64,000 nucleotides of DNA from an uncultured Candidatus Saccharibacteria bacterium (lineage in GTDB: Bacteria > Patescibacteriota > Minisyncoccia > Phycocordibacterales > PALSA-1337), in contig CAYXWP010000001.1 of assembly GCA_964468845.1 (NCBI GenBank), positions 6,411-70,410 on the forward strand. Reading direction: 5' to 3'. The first letter of the stretch is position 1. Every line of letters begins with the position of its first letter. Shown here one piece after another: positions 17,989 to 27,179 of the stretch. The position numbers were made by a program, and so were the translations under genes. The notes under the pieces were generated by a model. It saw nothing but the letters and a program-made list of their open reading frames with translations, was not told the origin of the DNA and did not search any database.

Positions 17989-19239
17989 CTACTTCTTCGC
18001 AAGCCAATTTGGATCTTGGCGTACAAGCAACTCCTCAGCCTTTTCTGGCTCAAGAAGAATAGCCTTCGTTGCCCTTTCCAAACGAACAAACTGTGATCCT
18101 TTTATAAGAACAACATCACCCTGCCCAACAATACCTTTTAAATATTCACCAGCATCAGCAGAAGAATCAAAATGCACAGCACTCTCACTCATTTGCTTCG
18201 CTCTTGGTCCAACAGTAATTAAAATATTACTTGCCTTAACAGCAAGCTCCCCTGCCTTCTTGTGCTCCTCAGCAGAGAATTTTCCGAGCTCCATCATATC
18301 TCCAAGTACTGCAATTTTTTTGCCAACCGTTTGAATTTTTGATAAAGCAGAAAGTGCTTCCTGAAGAGCGTCTGGAGATGAGTTGTATGTATCGTCAATA
18401 ATAGTACAACCATTCATACCAGCAATAATATTCATACGACCTCTAGGTGGAACATGGTTTGAAAAAGATTCAACAATGTTTGAAATAGGAATATTCTTTG
18501 CAATACCAACCGTAGCTGCAGCAATTACAGGATATATTTGCTGATTTCCAATTACCTTTTTTATTACAACTGGAACCGCATTCCCCTCATAATTTAATTT
18601 GAATGAAATTCCGTTGGTGATGTCCAACTGAATATCCGAGGCAGAAATAGTAGCAGGATTATCAATTCCAAAAGTCAAAACCTTTTGCTTTAATTGTTTT
18701 GCACCCTCCATAAGCCTTTTGTCATCAGCAGAAATAACTAACACGCCATCTTTTTTCAAAGACTTTGTTAATGTAAATTTCTCAACAAAAACATCCTCGG
18801 GTGATTTAAAAAATTCAACATGAACAGGAATTTCACTTACTTTCGTTATAACAACAACATCAGACTTGAACCACGAAGTCATACGAAGAATATCGCCAGG
18901 ATGATCAGACCCAACTTCCAAAACTAAACATTCGGGATACTTTGATTTAAATAATATCAACTCCAAGCCCTCAAAAATGTTCTTCAACCAAACCACTGGA
19001 TCATTCCATCCATTTTGACAGCCAAGTATTGTAAGTGGAATACCAATATCACTGTTAAAACTTTTATCACTTTTCCTAACATAACCAGTTTTTTCTAAAA
19101 CAGTATACACAGCATCCTTTGTAGAAGTCTTGCCGACACTACCGGTGATTGAAACAATACTTGGATTATATTTTTTTAAGACAAGTTTAGACTCAAGTAT
19201 CAGTATTTTTGTAATTAAATTCTTGAAAAATGATTTCAT
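17989..19239 (-). CDS. murF: UDP-N-acetylmuramoyl-tripeptide--D-Ala-D-Ala ligase
   Basis: ITGSVGKTSTK, SFNSDIGIPL, IIDDTYNSSP, VLGDMMELG, LIKGS. Confidence 0.9.
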   Translation of the reverse strand: MKSFFKNLITKILILESKLVLKKYNPSIVSITGSVGKTSTKDAVYTVLEKTGYVRKSDKSFNSDIGIPLTILGCQNGWNDPVVWLKNIFEGLELILFKSKYPECLVLEVGSDHPGDILRMTSWFKSDVVVITKVSEIPVHVEFFKSPEDVFVEKFTLTKSLKKDGVLVISADDKRLMEGAKQLKQKVLTFGIDNPATISASDIQLDITNGISFKLNYEGNAVPVVIKKVIGNQQIYPVIAAATVGIAKNIPISNIVESFSNHVPPRGRMNIIAGMNGCTIIDDTYNSSPDALQEALSALSKIQTVGKKIAVLGDMMELGKFSAEEHKKAGELAVKASNILITVGPRAKQMSESAVHFDSSADAGEYLKGIVGQGDVVLIKGSQFVRLERATKAILLEPEKAEELLVRQDPNWLAKK

Positions 19240-19248
19240 ATCGTTATT

Positions 19249-20958
19249 TTATCTATCTGGTGGTAATTCGTAATAATTGATAAGGAATTTTGTAATTTGA
19301 ATAAATGGGTCAGTAAGTGTCTCCGAAGCAAACGCCGCATTTTTTGGGTAAACTTGATAAAGAAAAACTATAAATCTTGGGTTATACGCTGGGAAATATC
19401 CAAAAAATGAGTGTAGCGACCTGTCTTCATAATATCCTTTAGTAAGTGGATTAGCAACTTGCGCCGTACCTGTTTTCGCTGCAATGCTGTAATGTTCCAT
19501 TTTAACTTTTCCATTTTTTAATGCTGTGTCAACAAGCTTCACAAGCATTCTTGTGACATCATCAGTTGTTTCTTTTTTAAATATTTGTGTACCAATAGAC
19601 TTTACGAGTTCTGAACTGCCGTCTACGTATTCAATTTTTTTAGCAATATGAGGAATCACCAATGATCCACCATTTGCCAATGTGGCAAGTGCACGAACAG
19701 TCTGAATTGGAGTTAAAGCAATTCCTTGTCCATATGAAGCAGTGGCAATTTCTATATCTCTCTTACTATCCAAGTTTTTTATCAAACCTCTTTGTTCATT
19801 TGGTTGATCTATACCAGTAATTTCTCCAAATCCCAAACTTTTAAAATATTTAGAAAATTCATCATGCCCGATTTTTAAAGCGATCGTTGCTGCCCCGATG
19901 TTCAAAGACTGACTTAAAACTTCCTGCATAGGCACAACTCCACGAGCACGCCCATCAAAATTTGAGAATTTTTTACCATTTAATTCCATTGTGCCAGTAT
20001 CATTGTATACACTATTTGCATTAATTGAACCAGAGTCTATGCCAACTGCCATCGTCAATGGCTTTATAATCGAACCCATTTCTCTTGCATCCTCGACAAG
20101 TAAATTAGAAAAGACCTTTGGGTCTGATACCTCTTTTAAATTATTTGGATTAAAGGTAGGACGACTAGACAAAGCAAAAATCTCGCCTGTGTTTGGATCC
20201 ATGATTATTCCACCAATAGACTCTGGCATCCATTTCTTTTGTATTTCTGTGAGTGTTTTCTCTAAATAGCTTTGAGTTGTTGGTTCAATAGAAGAGATAA
20301 TGTCACCCTCTTTCTTTGAGGCAGAAAAAACTGTTTTTTTAATTTCTGAAAACATTTCTGCAAAAATATTTGTACGGGTACCTTGTGCTGAGCGAGATAA
20401 AATATTTTCATAATATCTTTCAAGCCCATACCTTCCGGCAATTTTGTTTTCATTATCCGATCCAATTAATCCAATAGAATGAGAAGCCAAAATATCGCCT
20501 GGGTAGACTCTCCAAGTATCCTTTGTCAAAATCACCCCAGGAATTTTCAAATTCAAAACTGATTCACCAACATTTTTATCAATTTTTCTTAATATTTCCT
20601 CGTATGGATCATCGGTCTTGCTTGCCTTCTCCATAAAGGACACTTTATCTAGTTTTATATACTCTGAGATAACACCAAACACATCATCAGCATTTTTTAA
20701 AATTTTTGGATTAATAGCTAATGTATATCCCTCCTTTATAGTAGCTGCACCAATCTTGACGCCGTCTTTTGATTCAAAGAAAATTGACCCCCTATCAAAG
20801 CTGGTAGCGGTCGGCTTGGAATATTGACTTTCAGACTTTTGAGTATAGTAATCACTTTTAACAACTTGTATCCAAAACAATCTGGAAGTTATTAAAAGAG
20901 CGACTAAAAGGAATAAAGCCAATATTAATCTGATTCTTTTAGTATGGTTATAATTCAT
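19249..20958 (-). CDS. ftsI: Class B penicillin-binding protein (FtsI/PBP3)
   Basis: TM anchor, GLERYY, GSIIKP, SLN, KTGTAQ; dcw context. Confidence 0.9.
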   Translation of the reverse strand: MNYNHTKRIRLILALFLLVALLITSRLFWIQVVKSDYYTQKSESQYSKPTATSFDRGSIFFESKDGVKIGAATIKEGYTLAINPKILKNADDVFGVISEYIKLDKVSFMEKASKTDDPYEEILRKIDKNVGESVLNLKIPGVILTKDTWRVYPGDILASHSIGLIGSDNENKIAGRYGLERYYENILSRSAQGTRTNIFAEMFSEIKKTVFSASKKEGDIISSIEPTTQSYLEKTLTEIQKKWMPESIGGIIMDPNTGEIFALSSRPTFNPNNLKEVSDPKVFSNLLVEDAREMGSIIKPLTMAVGIDSGSINANSVYNDTGTMELNGKKFSNFDGRARGVVPMQEVLSQSLNIGAATIALKIGHDEFSKYFKSLGFGEITGIDQPNEQRGLIKNLDSKRDIEIATASYGQGIALTPIQTVRALATLANGGSLVIPHIAKKIEYVDGSSELVKSIGTQIFKKETTDDVTRMLVKLVDTALKNGKVKMEHYSIAAKTGTAQVANPLTKGYYEDRSLHSFFGYFPAYNPRFIVFLYQVYPKNAAFASETLTDPFIQITKFLINYYELPPDR

Positions 20959-21277
20959 TAGGCGAAGCAAACGCTGTTAAAGATTTTTTTGAAATAAACG
21001 AAGTTACTTCAGAATCTTGAAAACCTTTGGCGCGAGCAAGCTCCATATTTATTTTCTCCTTTGTTGCAAAATAGTTTGACTCCATCTCACTTACTAGAGT
21101 GGACTTCTCTCTTATCTCCTTTACAATCTTTTCCCTCTCAACAACATTAACAATAGTTGAGTGAACAAGATTAACGTAGACTAATGTCAAAATTACAATG
21201 GCAGGCACAAGCATCCAGAAAATGCGTCCTCGATATCTCAACATTGAATTAAAGTTTTCTGAAATTGCTTGCGTCAT
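20948..21277 (-). CDS. FtsL-like cell division protein
   Basis: TM plus coiled coil, ARAKGF; lies between rsmH and ftsI. Confidence 0.65.
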   Translation of the reverse strand: MTQAISENFNSMLRYRGRIFWMLVPAIVILTLVYVNLVHSTIVNVVEREKIVKEIREKSTLVSEMESNYFATKEKINMELARAKGFQDSEVTSFISKKSLTAFASPNEL

Positions 21278-21289
21278 TTTGTTTGTAAT

Positions 21290-22234
21290 TTATATTATTT
21301 TTTCTAGTATCCTCAACTTTGCGCTTCTAGACCTTGGATTTTCTAAAATTTCTTGCTCCGTAGGCACTATTGGTCTTTTCGTGATTATTTTCGCCTCCCC
21401 TTTTTCTGCCTTTTCTTTATTAAAATTTTTAACAATTCTATCTTCTAAACTGTGAAATGAAATAATTGCCATTCTTCCTCCTTTTTCTAGTCTTTCAAAT
21501 CCATTGGCCAATCCTTTTTTCAACGTATTTAATTCATCATTAACCGTAATCCTTAATGCCTGGAAAGTTCTTGTGGCAGGATGAATTCTTCCTCTTTTAT
21601 AAAACACTGGAACAGCTTGAGAGATTATCTCTACTAGTTCTCCTGTGGTTTCAATTGATTTCTTTTCTCGGTAATTCACTATCGCTCTTGCTATCCTTCT
21701 TGAATACTTTTCTTCACCGTATCCAAAGATAATGTCAGCGATGTTTTCTTCTTGCCATGTATTCACTATTTCATGAGCAGTTAAGTCTCCATCTTTTGGA
21801 TCTTTCTTAAATGTCATTAGTAGTGGCTCATCCTTTCGGAAGCTGAATCCTCTTCCTGAGGTTTCAAACTGGTCAGAAGACAATCCAAGATCAAGCATTA
21901 TCCGATGAACTTTGCTTATATTTAGTTCATCAAGGACTTTGTCCAGATCAGCATAGCTTGATTCTCTTAGGAAAATCTTAGGCTTTTTTTCAAATCTCTT
22001 ACCATTGCCATCACCACTTCCATCACCGCTAAGTCTTTTCTTTGACCTTTCTAGCGCCTCGACATCTCTATCAAGACCTATGACAGTCAAATCGCCACCA
22101 GCTTTTTCTAAAGCATATTCTGTGTGGCCAGCACTACCTAGAGTACCATCAAGATAAATTTCGGATGGATTAATACCAAGACCATCAATTGATTCTTTTA
22201 AAAGAACTGTGCTATGTACATAATTTGTAATCAT
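21290..22234 (-). CDS. rsmH: 16S rRNA m4C1402 methyltransferase
   Basis: DGTLGSAGH, DLGLSS.Q..RGFSF, HPATRTFQALRI, SFHSLEDRIVK, NPRSRSAKLR. Confidence 0.97.
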   Translation of the reverse strand: MITNYVHSTVLLKESIDGLGINPSEIYLDGTLGSAGHTEYALEKAGGDLTVIGLDRDVEALERSKKRLSGDGSGDGNGKRFEKKPKIFLRESSYADLDKVLDELNISKVHRIMLDLGLSSDQFETSGRGFSFRKDEPLLMTFKKDPKDGDLTAHEIVNTWQEENIADIIFGYGEEKYSRRIARAIVNYREKKSIETTGELVEIISQAVPVFYKRGRIHPATRTFQALRITVNDELNTLKKGLANGFERLEKGGRMAIISFHSLEDRIVKNFNKEKAEKGEAKIITKRPIVPTEQEILENPRSRSAKLRILEKII

Positions 22235-22249
22235 ATTTTCTACTTTATA

Positions 22250-22693
22250 TTAAAGAATTCCGACTGAACCAAGCTTTTCAGCGAGAGCATCAGTTTTCTT
22301 TTCTACAGTAGTGCGATATGACGACCATAATTTCTCGTCCCATATTTCAACTCTGTTAAGTACACCGATAATCGCAACTTTCGTTTTGATTCCGGCATGC
22401 TCACACAAGTGAACTGGAATGAGAATACGTCCAATCGAATCCACTTCAACCTCGGTCGCACGACCAAAAATTATACGGTTGAAATTACGATTGTCTGCTT
22501 GCAAGACCGAAGAAGAATCTGGCCTCGATAGTCTCTCCGCGAATTCCTTCCATCCTTTCAGAGTAAAAACGAAAAGACAGCTATCTATCCCGGGAGCTAT
22601 GACAACAGTGTTCCCCATTTCCTTTCGGAATTTCGAAGGAAGTGAGACTCTGCTTTTGTCATCTATCGTATGTAGATGTTCTCCGATCAACAT
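22250..22693 (-). CDS. mraZ: Transcriptional regulator MraZ
   Basis: MLIGE..HTIDDKSRVSLPSKFR, DSIGRILIP, RVEIW. Confidence 0.96.
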   Translation of the reverse strand: MLIGEHLHTIDDKSRVSLPSKFRKEMGNTVVIAPGIDSCLFVFTLKGWKEFAERLSRPDSSSVLQADNRNFNRIIFGRATEVEVDSIGRILIPVHLCEHAGIKTKVAIIGVLNRVEIWDEKLWSSYRTTVEKKTDALAEKLGSVGIL

Positions 22694-22730
22694 ATATATG
22701 CGTAAGAAAAAGTATTAAAAAAATATTGAT

Positions 22731-22766
22731 AACACTTCTTCCCACTTGCCCACCATTTTATCCCAC
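22731..22766 (-). promoter_or_regulatory. GTGGG repeats upstream of mraZ (MraZ autoregulatory boxes)
   Basis: CCCAC at 22741, 22749, 22762 on plus strand; MraZ is known to bind (G)TGGG repeats. Confidence 0.6.
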
Positions 22767-22805
22767 AGTATGTACTTATGCAAACACAGTTATCCACTTT
22801 TGCAC

Positions 22806-22833
22806 AAAAAAACCGCAGTTCAAGCGGTTTTTT
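22806..22833. terminator. Bidirectional terminator downstream of ORF6N gene
   Basis: AAAAAACCGC-agttcaa-GCGGTTTTTT. Confidence 0.7.
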
Positions 22834-22893
22834 AGATGATTATATATGCGATTAAATAATATAAAAAAATTATTCTTAACCCTAAGTTCAATC

Positions 22894-22918
22894 TTGAGGT
22901 ACCAAATTGGTACCTCAA
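22894..22918. repeat. 12-1-12 palindrome, variant copy of the palindrome inside the ORF6N gene
   Basis: TTGAGGTACCAA A TTGGTACCTCAA. Confidence 0.9.
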
Positions 22919-22928
22919 AACCTATTTA

Positions 22929-23471
22929 CTATTTCTTATTAAACCCAATTTTTCTTTTTTGCTTAAACGGTTTCTCAATTACTGATTTATTAATTAAGTC
23001 TTTAACAGCTGAGTGAACATGAGTAAGTAATACTCCTTGATCCCTTTGTTTAAGCTCAATTTCACCTATCTTAACTGACAGGTCTTTATAGTTATCTAGA
23101 GATTCTCGCATTTTTATAAACGCTCTAATAATAAATATGTTCATTTCTATCGCTTTTTTACTATTTAGTACAGAGGAAAGCATAGCGACACCGTGTTCGG
23201 TGAAAACATATGGCAAATAACGGCTTCCGCCATGGCTAAAACTTGAGGTTCCAAATTGGAACCTCAAGTTTTTATATTCTTCTCGTGTCAATGAAAACAT
23301 AAAATCAATTGGAAATCTCGACATATTCCTTTTCACTGCTTTATTAAAATTCTTTGTTGAAATTTGATATAACTCTGCCAAATCTCTATCAATCATTACT
23401 TTTTGTCCTCTCACAATAAATATTTTTTGCTTGATTATTTCCTCTTGCTTAATATTAATATTTTTATGCAT
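22929..23471 (-). CDS. ORF6N domain DNA-binding protein
   Basis: RGQKVMIDRDLAELY, N.AVKRN..RFP.DFMF.L, PYVFTEHGVAMLSSVLNS, C-terminal RKIGF. Confidence 0.9.
   Translation of the reverse strand: MHKNINIKQEEIIKQKIFIVRGQKVMIDRDLAELYQISTKNFNKAVKRNMSRFPIDFMFSLTREEYKNLRFQFGTSSFSHGGSRYLPYVFTEHGVAMLSSVLNSKKAIEMNIFIIRAFIKMRESLDNYKDLSVKIGEIELKQRDQGVLLTHVHSAVKDLINKSVIEKPFKQKRKIGFNKK
23238..23272. repeat. Perfect 17-1-17 palindrome within ORF6N coding sequence
   Basis: AAAACTTGAGGTTCCAA A TTGGAACCTCAAGTTTT, encoding (K)NLRFQFGTSSF. Confidence 0.9.
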
Positions 23472-23516
23472 GTAAATTAAATTAATTAATAATACACACA
23501 TCATACCGAATCAGGG

Positions 23517-23554
23517 TTAAGAACTTCTAAAGAAGTTCTTAAGAGATGATAAAG
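23517..23554. promoter_or_regulatory. Four T(T/A)AAG repeats at 11-bp period upstream of the ORF6N gene
   Basis: TTAAG 23517, TAAAG 23528, TTAAG 23539, TAAAG 23550; matches 1387-1424. Confidence 0.6.
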
Positions 23555-23579
23555 ACTGGGGATAAGTCACAAAACCCTC

Positions 23580-25049
23580 CTACTTCTTCGGTCTCATCAA
23601 TGGGAACATTTGTAATTCACGTAGAGGTTTGTCAGCAAGAAAAGCAAAGAATCTTTCTCCAAATCCGAAACCACATGTTGGTGGCATACCGTGTTCAAGC
23701 ATTTCAATAAATTCGTAATCCGCCATCATAGCTTCTGTATCGCCAGAATCAATAAGTTTCTGTTGGCTATCAAATCTTTCTCTCTGATCCACTGGATCAT
23801 TCAATTCAGAATACCCTCTTCCAACTTCACTTCCGGCAATAATTGGCTGAAACATCTGTGCGACATTTGTTGTCTTTCCGTCTTCTCCAACTACACTTTT
23901 TGCTAAAGGAGAAACAAGTAATGGATGATTGATGAGGAATGCTGGTCCGGAAATATTTTTTCTACAATATTTCCAAAGACTGTCTGTAAGTCTCTCCTTA
24001 TTCTTTCCATCATACTCAACCTTCAAGTCCTGCAATTTCTTCATCATCTCCTTTTCATTTGCAGTATTTATATCAACACCTGTCTGCTTTTTAATTTCGT
24101 CTGAGTAATCAATTTTTACCCATTCCTCTGCGAGATCGAAAGTGTGACCGCGAGTTGTAAACTTTGTAGTACCAAAAACTTCCTGAGCTATTTTTATATA
24201 CATTTCTCTCACTAATTTCATTCCATCATTATAATCAGCAAAAGACCAATAGAATTCCATATTTGTGAATTCCTGTGCATGCTCTGGACTTGTTCCTTCA
24301 TTTCTAAACACCTTACCTATTTCAAAAGTTTTTGGAAATCCCGCAGCCATCAAACGCTTCTGCCATAATTCGCCAACAGATATTCTCAAGTACACATCAA
24401 GGTCATAATCATTGTGATGAGTCTTAAAAGGTGTAGCTTCCGCACCTCCAGTTGTCACCTCGAGCATTGGTGTTTCTACTTCGATAAAGCCATTTTCTTT
24501 TAGAAAATTTCTTGTTACATCCCAGAACTTTATTTTCTTCATGAACAAATCGCGAAGCTCCTCATTCATTAAAATATCTAAATATCGCTTTCTGTATCTT
24601 TCATCGTCGTCTTTTATTCCATGCCACTTTTCTGGCAAAGGCAAAAGCGTTTTTGTAGCAATTGTCCAGGATTTTACAAGTAGACTTTGCTCTCCACGTT
24701 GTGTAGCAAAAAATTTTCCTGTAACAGAAATGAAATCCCCAATGTCTACTGCATCGGTAAATAACTGAAATAGTTTTTCGTCAATTTCATCCTTTTTGAA
24801 TACTGCTTGAAATTTCCCCTTTCCGTCATAAAGAACGACAAAAAGAATTGCTCCTTGTCCTCTGATCGCCATTATTCTTCCAGCAATTGAAAATTCTTTT
24901 CCACTTTTTTCATTTTCAATAAAACCAGCTTTGGCATCAGCAAGACAGAATGAACGAGGAACTTTGCTAGGAAATGGATTCATCCCCGCCTTTTTTAGTA
25001 TTTCAAGTTTTGCTATTCTTGTAGATTTTAATTCTTCTAAAGAAGACAT
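23580..25049 (-). CDS. lysS: Lysine--tRNA ligase (class II)
   Basis: OB domain IAGRIMAIRGQG, PEKWHG, RYRKRYLD, FRNEG, GMPPTCGFGFG. Confidence 0.97.
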   Translation of the reverse strand: MSSLEELKSTRIAKLEILKKAGMNPFPSKVPRSFCLADAKAGFIENEKSGKEFSIAGRIMAIRGQGAILFVVLYDGKGKFQAVFKKDEIDEKLFQLFTDAVDIGDFISVTGKFFATQRGEQSLLVKSWTIATKTLLPLPEKWHGIKDDDERYRKRYLDILMNEELRDLFMKKIKFWDVTRNFLKENGFIEVETPMLEVTTGGAEATPFKTHHNDYDLDVYLRISVGELWQKRLMAAGFPKTFEIGKVFRNEGTSPEHAQEFTNMEFYWSFADYNDGMKLVREMYIKIAQEVFGTTKFTTRGHTFDLAEEWVKIDYSDEIKKQTGVDINTANEKEMMKKLQDLKVEYDGKNKERLTDSLWKYCRKNISGPAFLINHPLLVSPLAKSVVGEDGKTTNVAQMFQPIIAGSEVGRGYSELNDPVDQRERFDSQQKLIDSGDTEAMMADYEFIEMLEHGMPPTCGFGFGERFFAFLADKPLRELQMFPLMRPKK

Positions 25050-25058
25050 AAGTAAGTA

Positions 25059-25526
25059 TTATTCTATTGAAACAAGTGTGTAAGTCGCCTCGCCCTTTGG
25101 AGTTTTGAAACTGACAACATCGCCCTTTTTCTTTCCAAGCAAAGCTGAGCCAAATGGAGAAATGTTTGAAATCTTTGAAGCAAGCATGTCTGCCTCTTCT
25201 GAGCCAACAATTTTGTATGTTTTTGTCTCACTTTCCCCCTCTTTTTTAACCTTTACTACAGTACCAATAGTGACACTGTCGCCACTTTGACCATCAACAA
25301 TAACAGCTGTCTTTAATAGGTTCTCAAGGTGATTGATACGATCTTCGATTTCTGCTTGTGCTTGTCGTGCCTCATTGTATTCTGCGTTTTCTGATAGGTC
25401 GCCGAGCTTCTTTGCGTATTCTAGATTTTCTGCAATTTGCTTTCTCTTTTCTGTCTTTAGGTGATCAAGTTCCTTCTTAAACTCTTGTAATTTCTCATTA
25501 GTTAGATATTGTTGTATTTCGCTCAT
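25059..25526 (-). CDS. greA: Transcription elongation factor GreA
   Basis: GDLSENAEY, IVGSEEAD, ISNISPFGSALLGKK.GD. Confidence 0.96.
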   Translation of the reverse strand: MSEIQQYLTNEKLQEFKKELDHLKTEKRKQIAENLEYAKKLGDLSENAEYNEARQAQAEIEDRINHLENLLKTAVIVDGQSGDSVTIGTVVKVKKEGESETKTYKIVGSEEADMLASKISNISPFGSALLGKKKGDVVSFKTPKGEATYTLVSIE

Positions 25527-25626
25527 GCTTTTAAATATATGATCTTATAAGACCCTTATCTTACCTTATATTAAGGCAATAGTAAAGGAAGTGTCGGGAA
25601 ACTGATTTGTATTTTACCTACCAAAT

Positions 25627-26589
25627 CTACTCCTCACCAAAACTTGTAAAAGATGTTTTGTTTTCTAGATCGCGGTTTGCGAGATAATTGTTCACAACAT
25701 ATATACCAAGAATAAGTACAAGGACGATAAGTCCATTTGTAATAAGTCTTGGATGCTTTTTATCCATACGAACAAATAGTTTGAACAGAAGTGCAATTAT
25801 GACGAGAATTGCTAAAATAAATAATACAATATTTATAATATGGCGTGGTGATGTTGAGTATTTATCGATAACAGTAGATTTTACATATGTTTGTGGGGGT
25901 TCTGTATTCACGATCTCTGTTGAAGTACCTTTGACTGTCGGTATGAGAGTTTCTATTTTTTCTACTAAGACCGGTGTCACACTCTTGGCTACTACTGGCT
26001 TATCCACAACATTAATCTGTGCAGGCTTGCCATAAACCTGAGCAACGAAAATAGTAGGACTTCCCTCAAATGTTCCTGTTGCAATACCCGTTCCCATCTC
26101 TGTATAAGCATTCTTCACAATATTTGCCTTATGGGTCGGAGAATTCATCCATGCGATAGTAACATCCTGTGAATCCGTGAAGTCGATAGCTAGATTCTCT
26201 CCCGCATACTCATATTTGTATCCAACTTGATTAAACCAGTACCATGGAGCCTTTCCTTCGGGACTAACATGGGAAAAATAACCCTTTTCTGCCATATCCC
26301 TTGCTTTGAGCTCTGCAACTTTGTTTAGAAGTGGATTTACCGTAAGAATTGCTAGATCCTGTGATTCTCTATTTTGATTTGTTAAGTCGTCTAGTACGCT
26401 GGGTAGAACCGCTGCTAGATTACTATTATCAACAAAACTAAGTGGTGGTATGTACGGCAATGTCAAAGCACCGATCTCCAGCATGAATACAATCAATACC
26501 AGTAAGCGTGTATTTTTGCCACGTAAAAAATGAGGTTGGTGTCCATTACCTTCATGAGGTATAAAATGTTTTTTTATCCACTTCATCAT
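25627..26589 (-). CDS. CAP (SCP) domain membrane protein
   Basis: DMAEKGYFSH, AGENLA, WMNSPTHKANI; TM segments at both ends; TGcTACAAT 7 nt before ATG 26589. Confidence 0.88.
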   Translation of the reverse strand: MMKWIKKHFIPHEGNGHQPHFLRGKNTRLLVLIVFMLEIGALTLPYIPPLSFVDNSNLAAVLPSVLDDLTNQNRESQDLAILTVNPLLNKVAELKARDMAEKGYFSHVSPEGKAPWYWFNQVGYKYEYAGENLAIDFTDSQDVTIAWMNSPTHKANIVKNAYTEMGTGIATGTFEGSPTIFVAQVYGKPAQINVVDKPVVAKSVTPVLVEKIETLIPTVKGTSTEIVNTEPPQTYVKSTVIDKYSTSPRHIINIVLFILAILVIIALLFKLFVRMDKKHPRLITNGLIVLVLILGIYVVNNYLANRDLENKTSFTSFGEE

Positions 26590-26669
26590 TGGGATTATTG
26601 TAGCAAACAACCCACACAAAGACGAGCCTCATGTGGGTGTATTGCTAACATCTTAGAGATATAGAGATA

Positions 26670-27101
26670 TTATTTTGTGTTTAATTGTTCAAGTGTCATT
26701 GGTCCAACTCTTCCGACTGTAGGGATCTCATTTGCTAGCTGGAATGCCTTAACTGCTTCCTTTGTAATTGAGCCAAAGAATCCTGTTGATTTACCGAATT
26801 TAAAATGTCCTAGAGCAGCTAGAAGATTTTGTAGCTCAACAACATCACCTCCTCTCATACCTATTTCAAGTTGCTTTGTGAAGTTGAATGCAGATGCTCC
26901 AAGAACACGTCCCTTTTGTGTAGCAATAACTGCCCTTGGGTTTGCTTGTACAGGAAGTACTGGATATGTTCTGTTTATATAACCCTGTGAACCAGAGGAA
27001 TTTCCGCCTCCGCCACCATAACCAAACGCTGTTCCAAAACCTATAGCCGATACCGTAACTAGGGCTGCAATCGCTAAAACTATTTTTGTGTAACTTTTCA
27101 T
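26670..27101 (-). CDS. Exported peptidoglycan-binding domain protein
   Basis: Signal peptide; G.RGGDV.ELQ..L...TGFFGSIT.EAVKAFQ...G.VGP.T. Confidence 0.88.
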   Translation of the reverse strand: MKSYTKIVLAIAALVTVSAIGFGTAFGYGGGGGNSSGSQGYINRTYPVLPVQANPRAVIATQKGRVLGASAFNFTKQLEIGMRGGDVVELQNLLAALGHFKFGKSTGFFGSITKEAVKAFQLANEIPTVGRVGPMTLEQLNTK

Positions 27102-27179
27102 TATTTTTAAAATATTTAATTAAATGCTTTTTATATGATAAGATACTACCATAGTAATCAACCATGAGCAAGGTGTAAC

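Noticed and set aside
17772-18089. 105-aa minus-strand ORF
   Set aside because: Overlaps the murF 3' end and tRNA-Glu; no protein-like features
22001-22030. SGDGSGDGNG micro-repeat in rsmH
   Set aside because: Short in-frame loop duplication with no sign of function
22790-22798. DnaA-box-like words (22790, also about 1705, 23557, 26000, 57411)
   Set aside because: Scattered single and mostly imperfect boxes with no dnaA/dnaN nearby; not evidence for oriC
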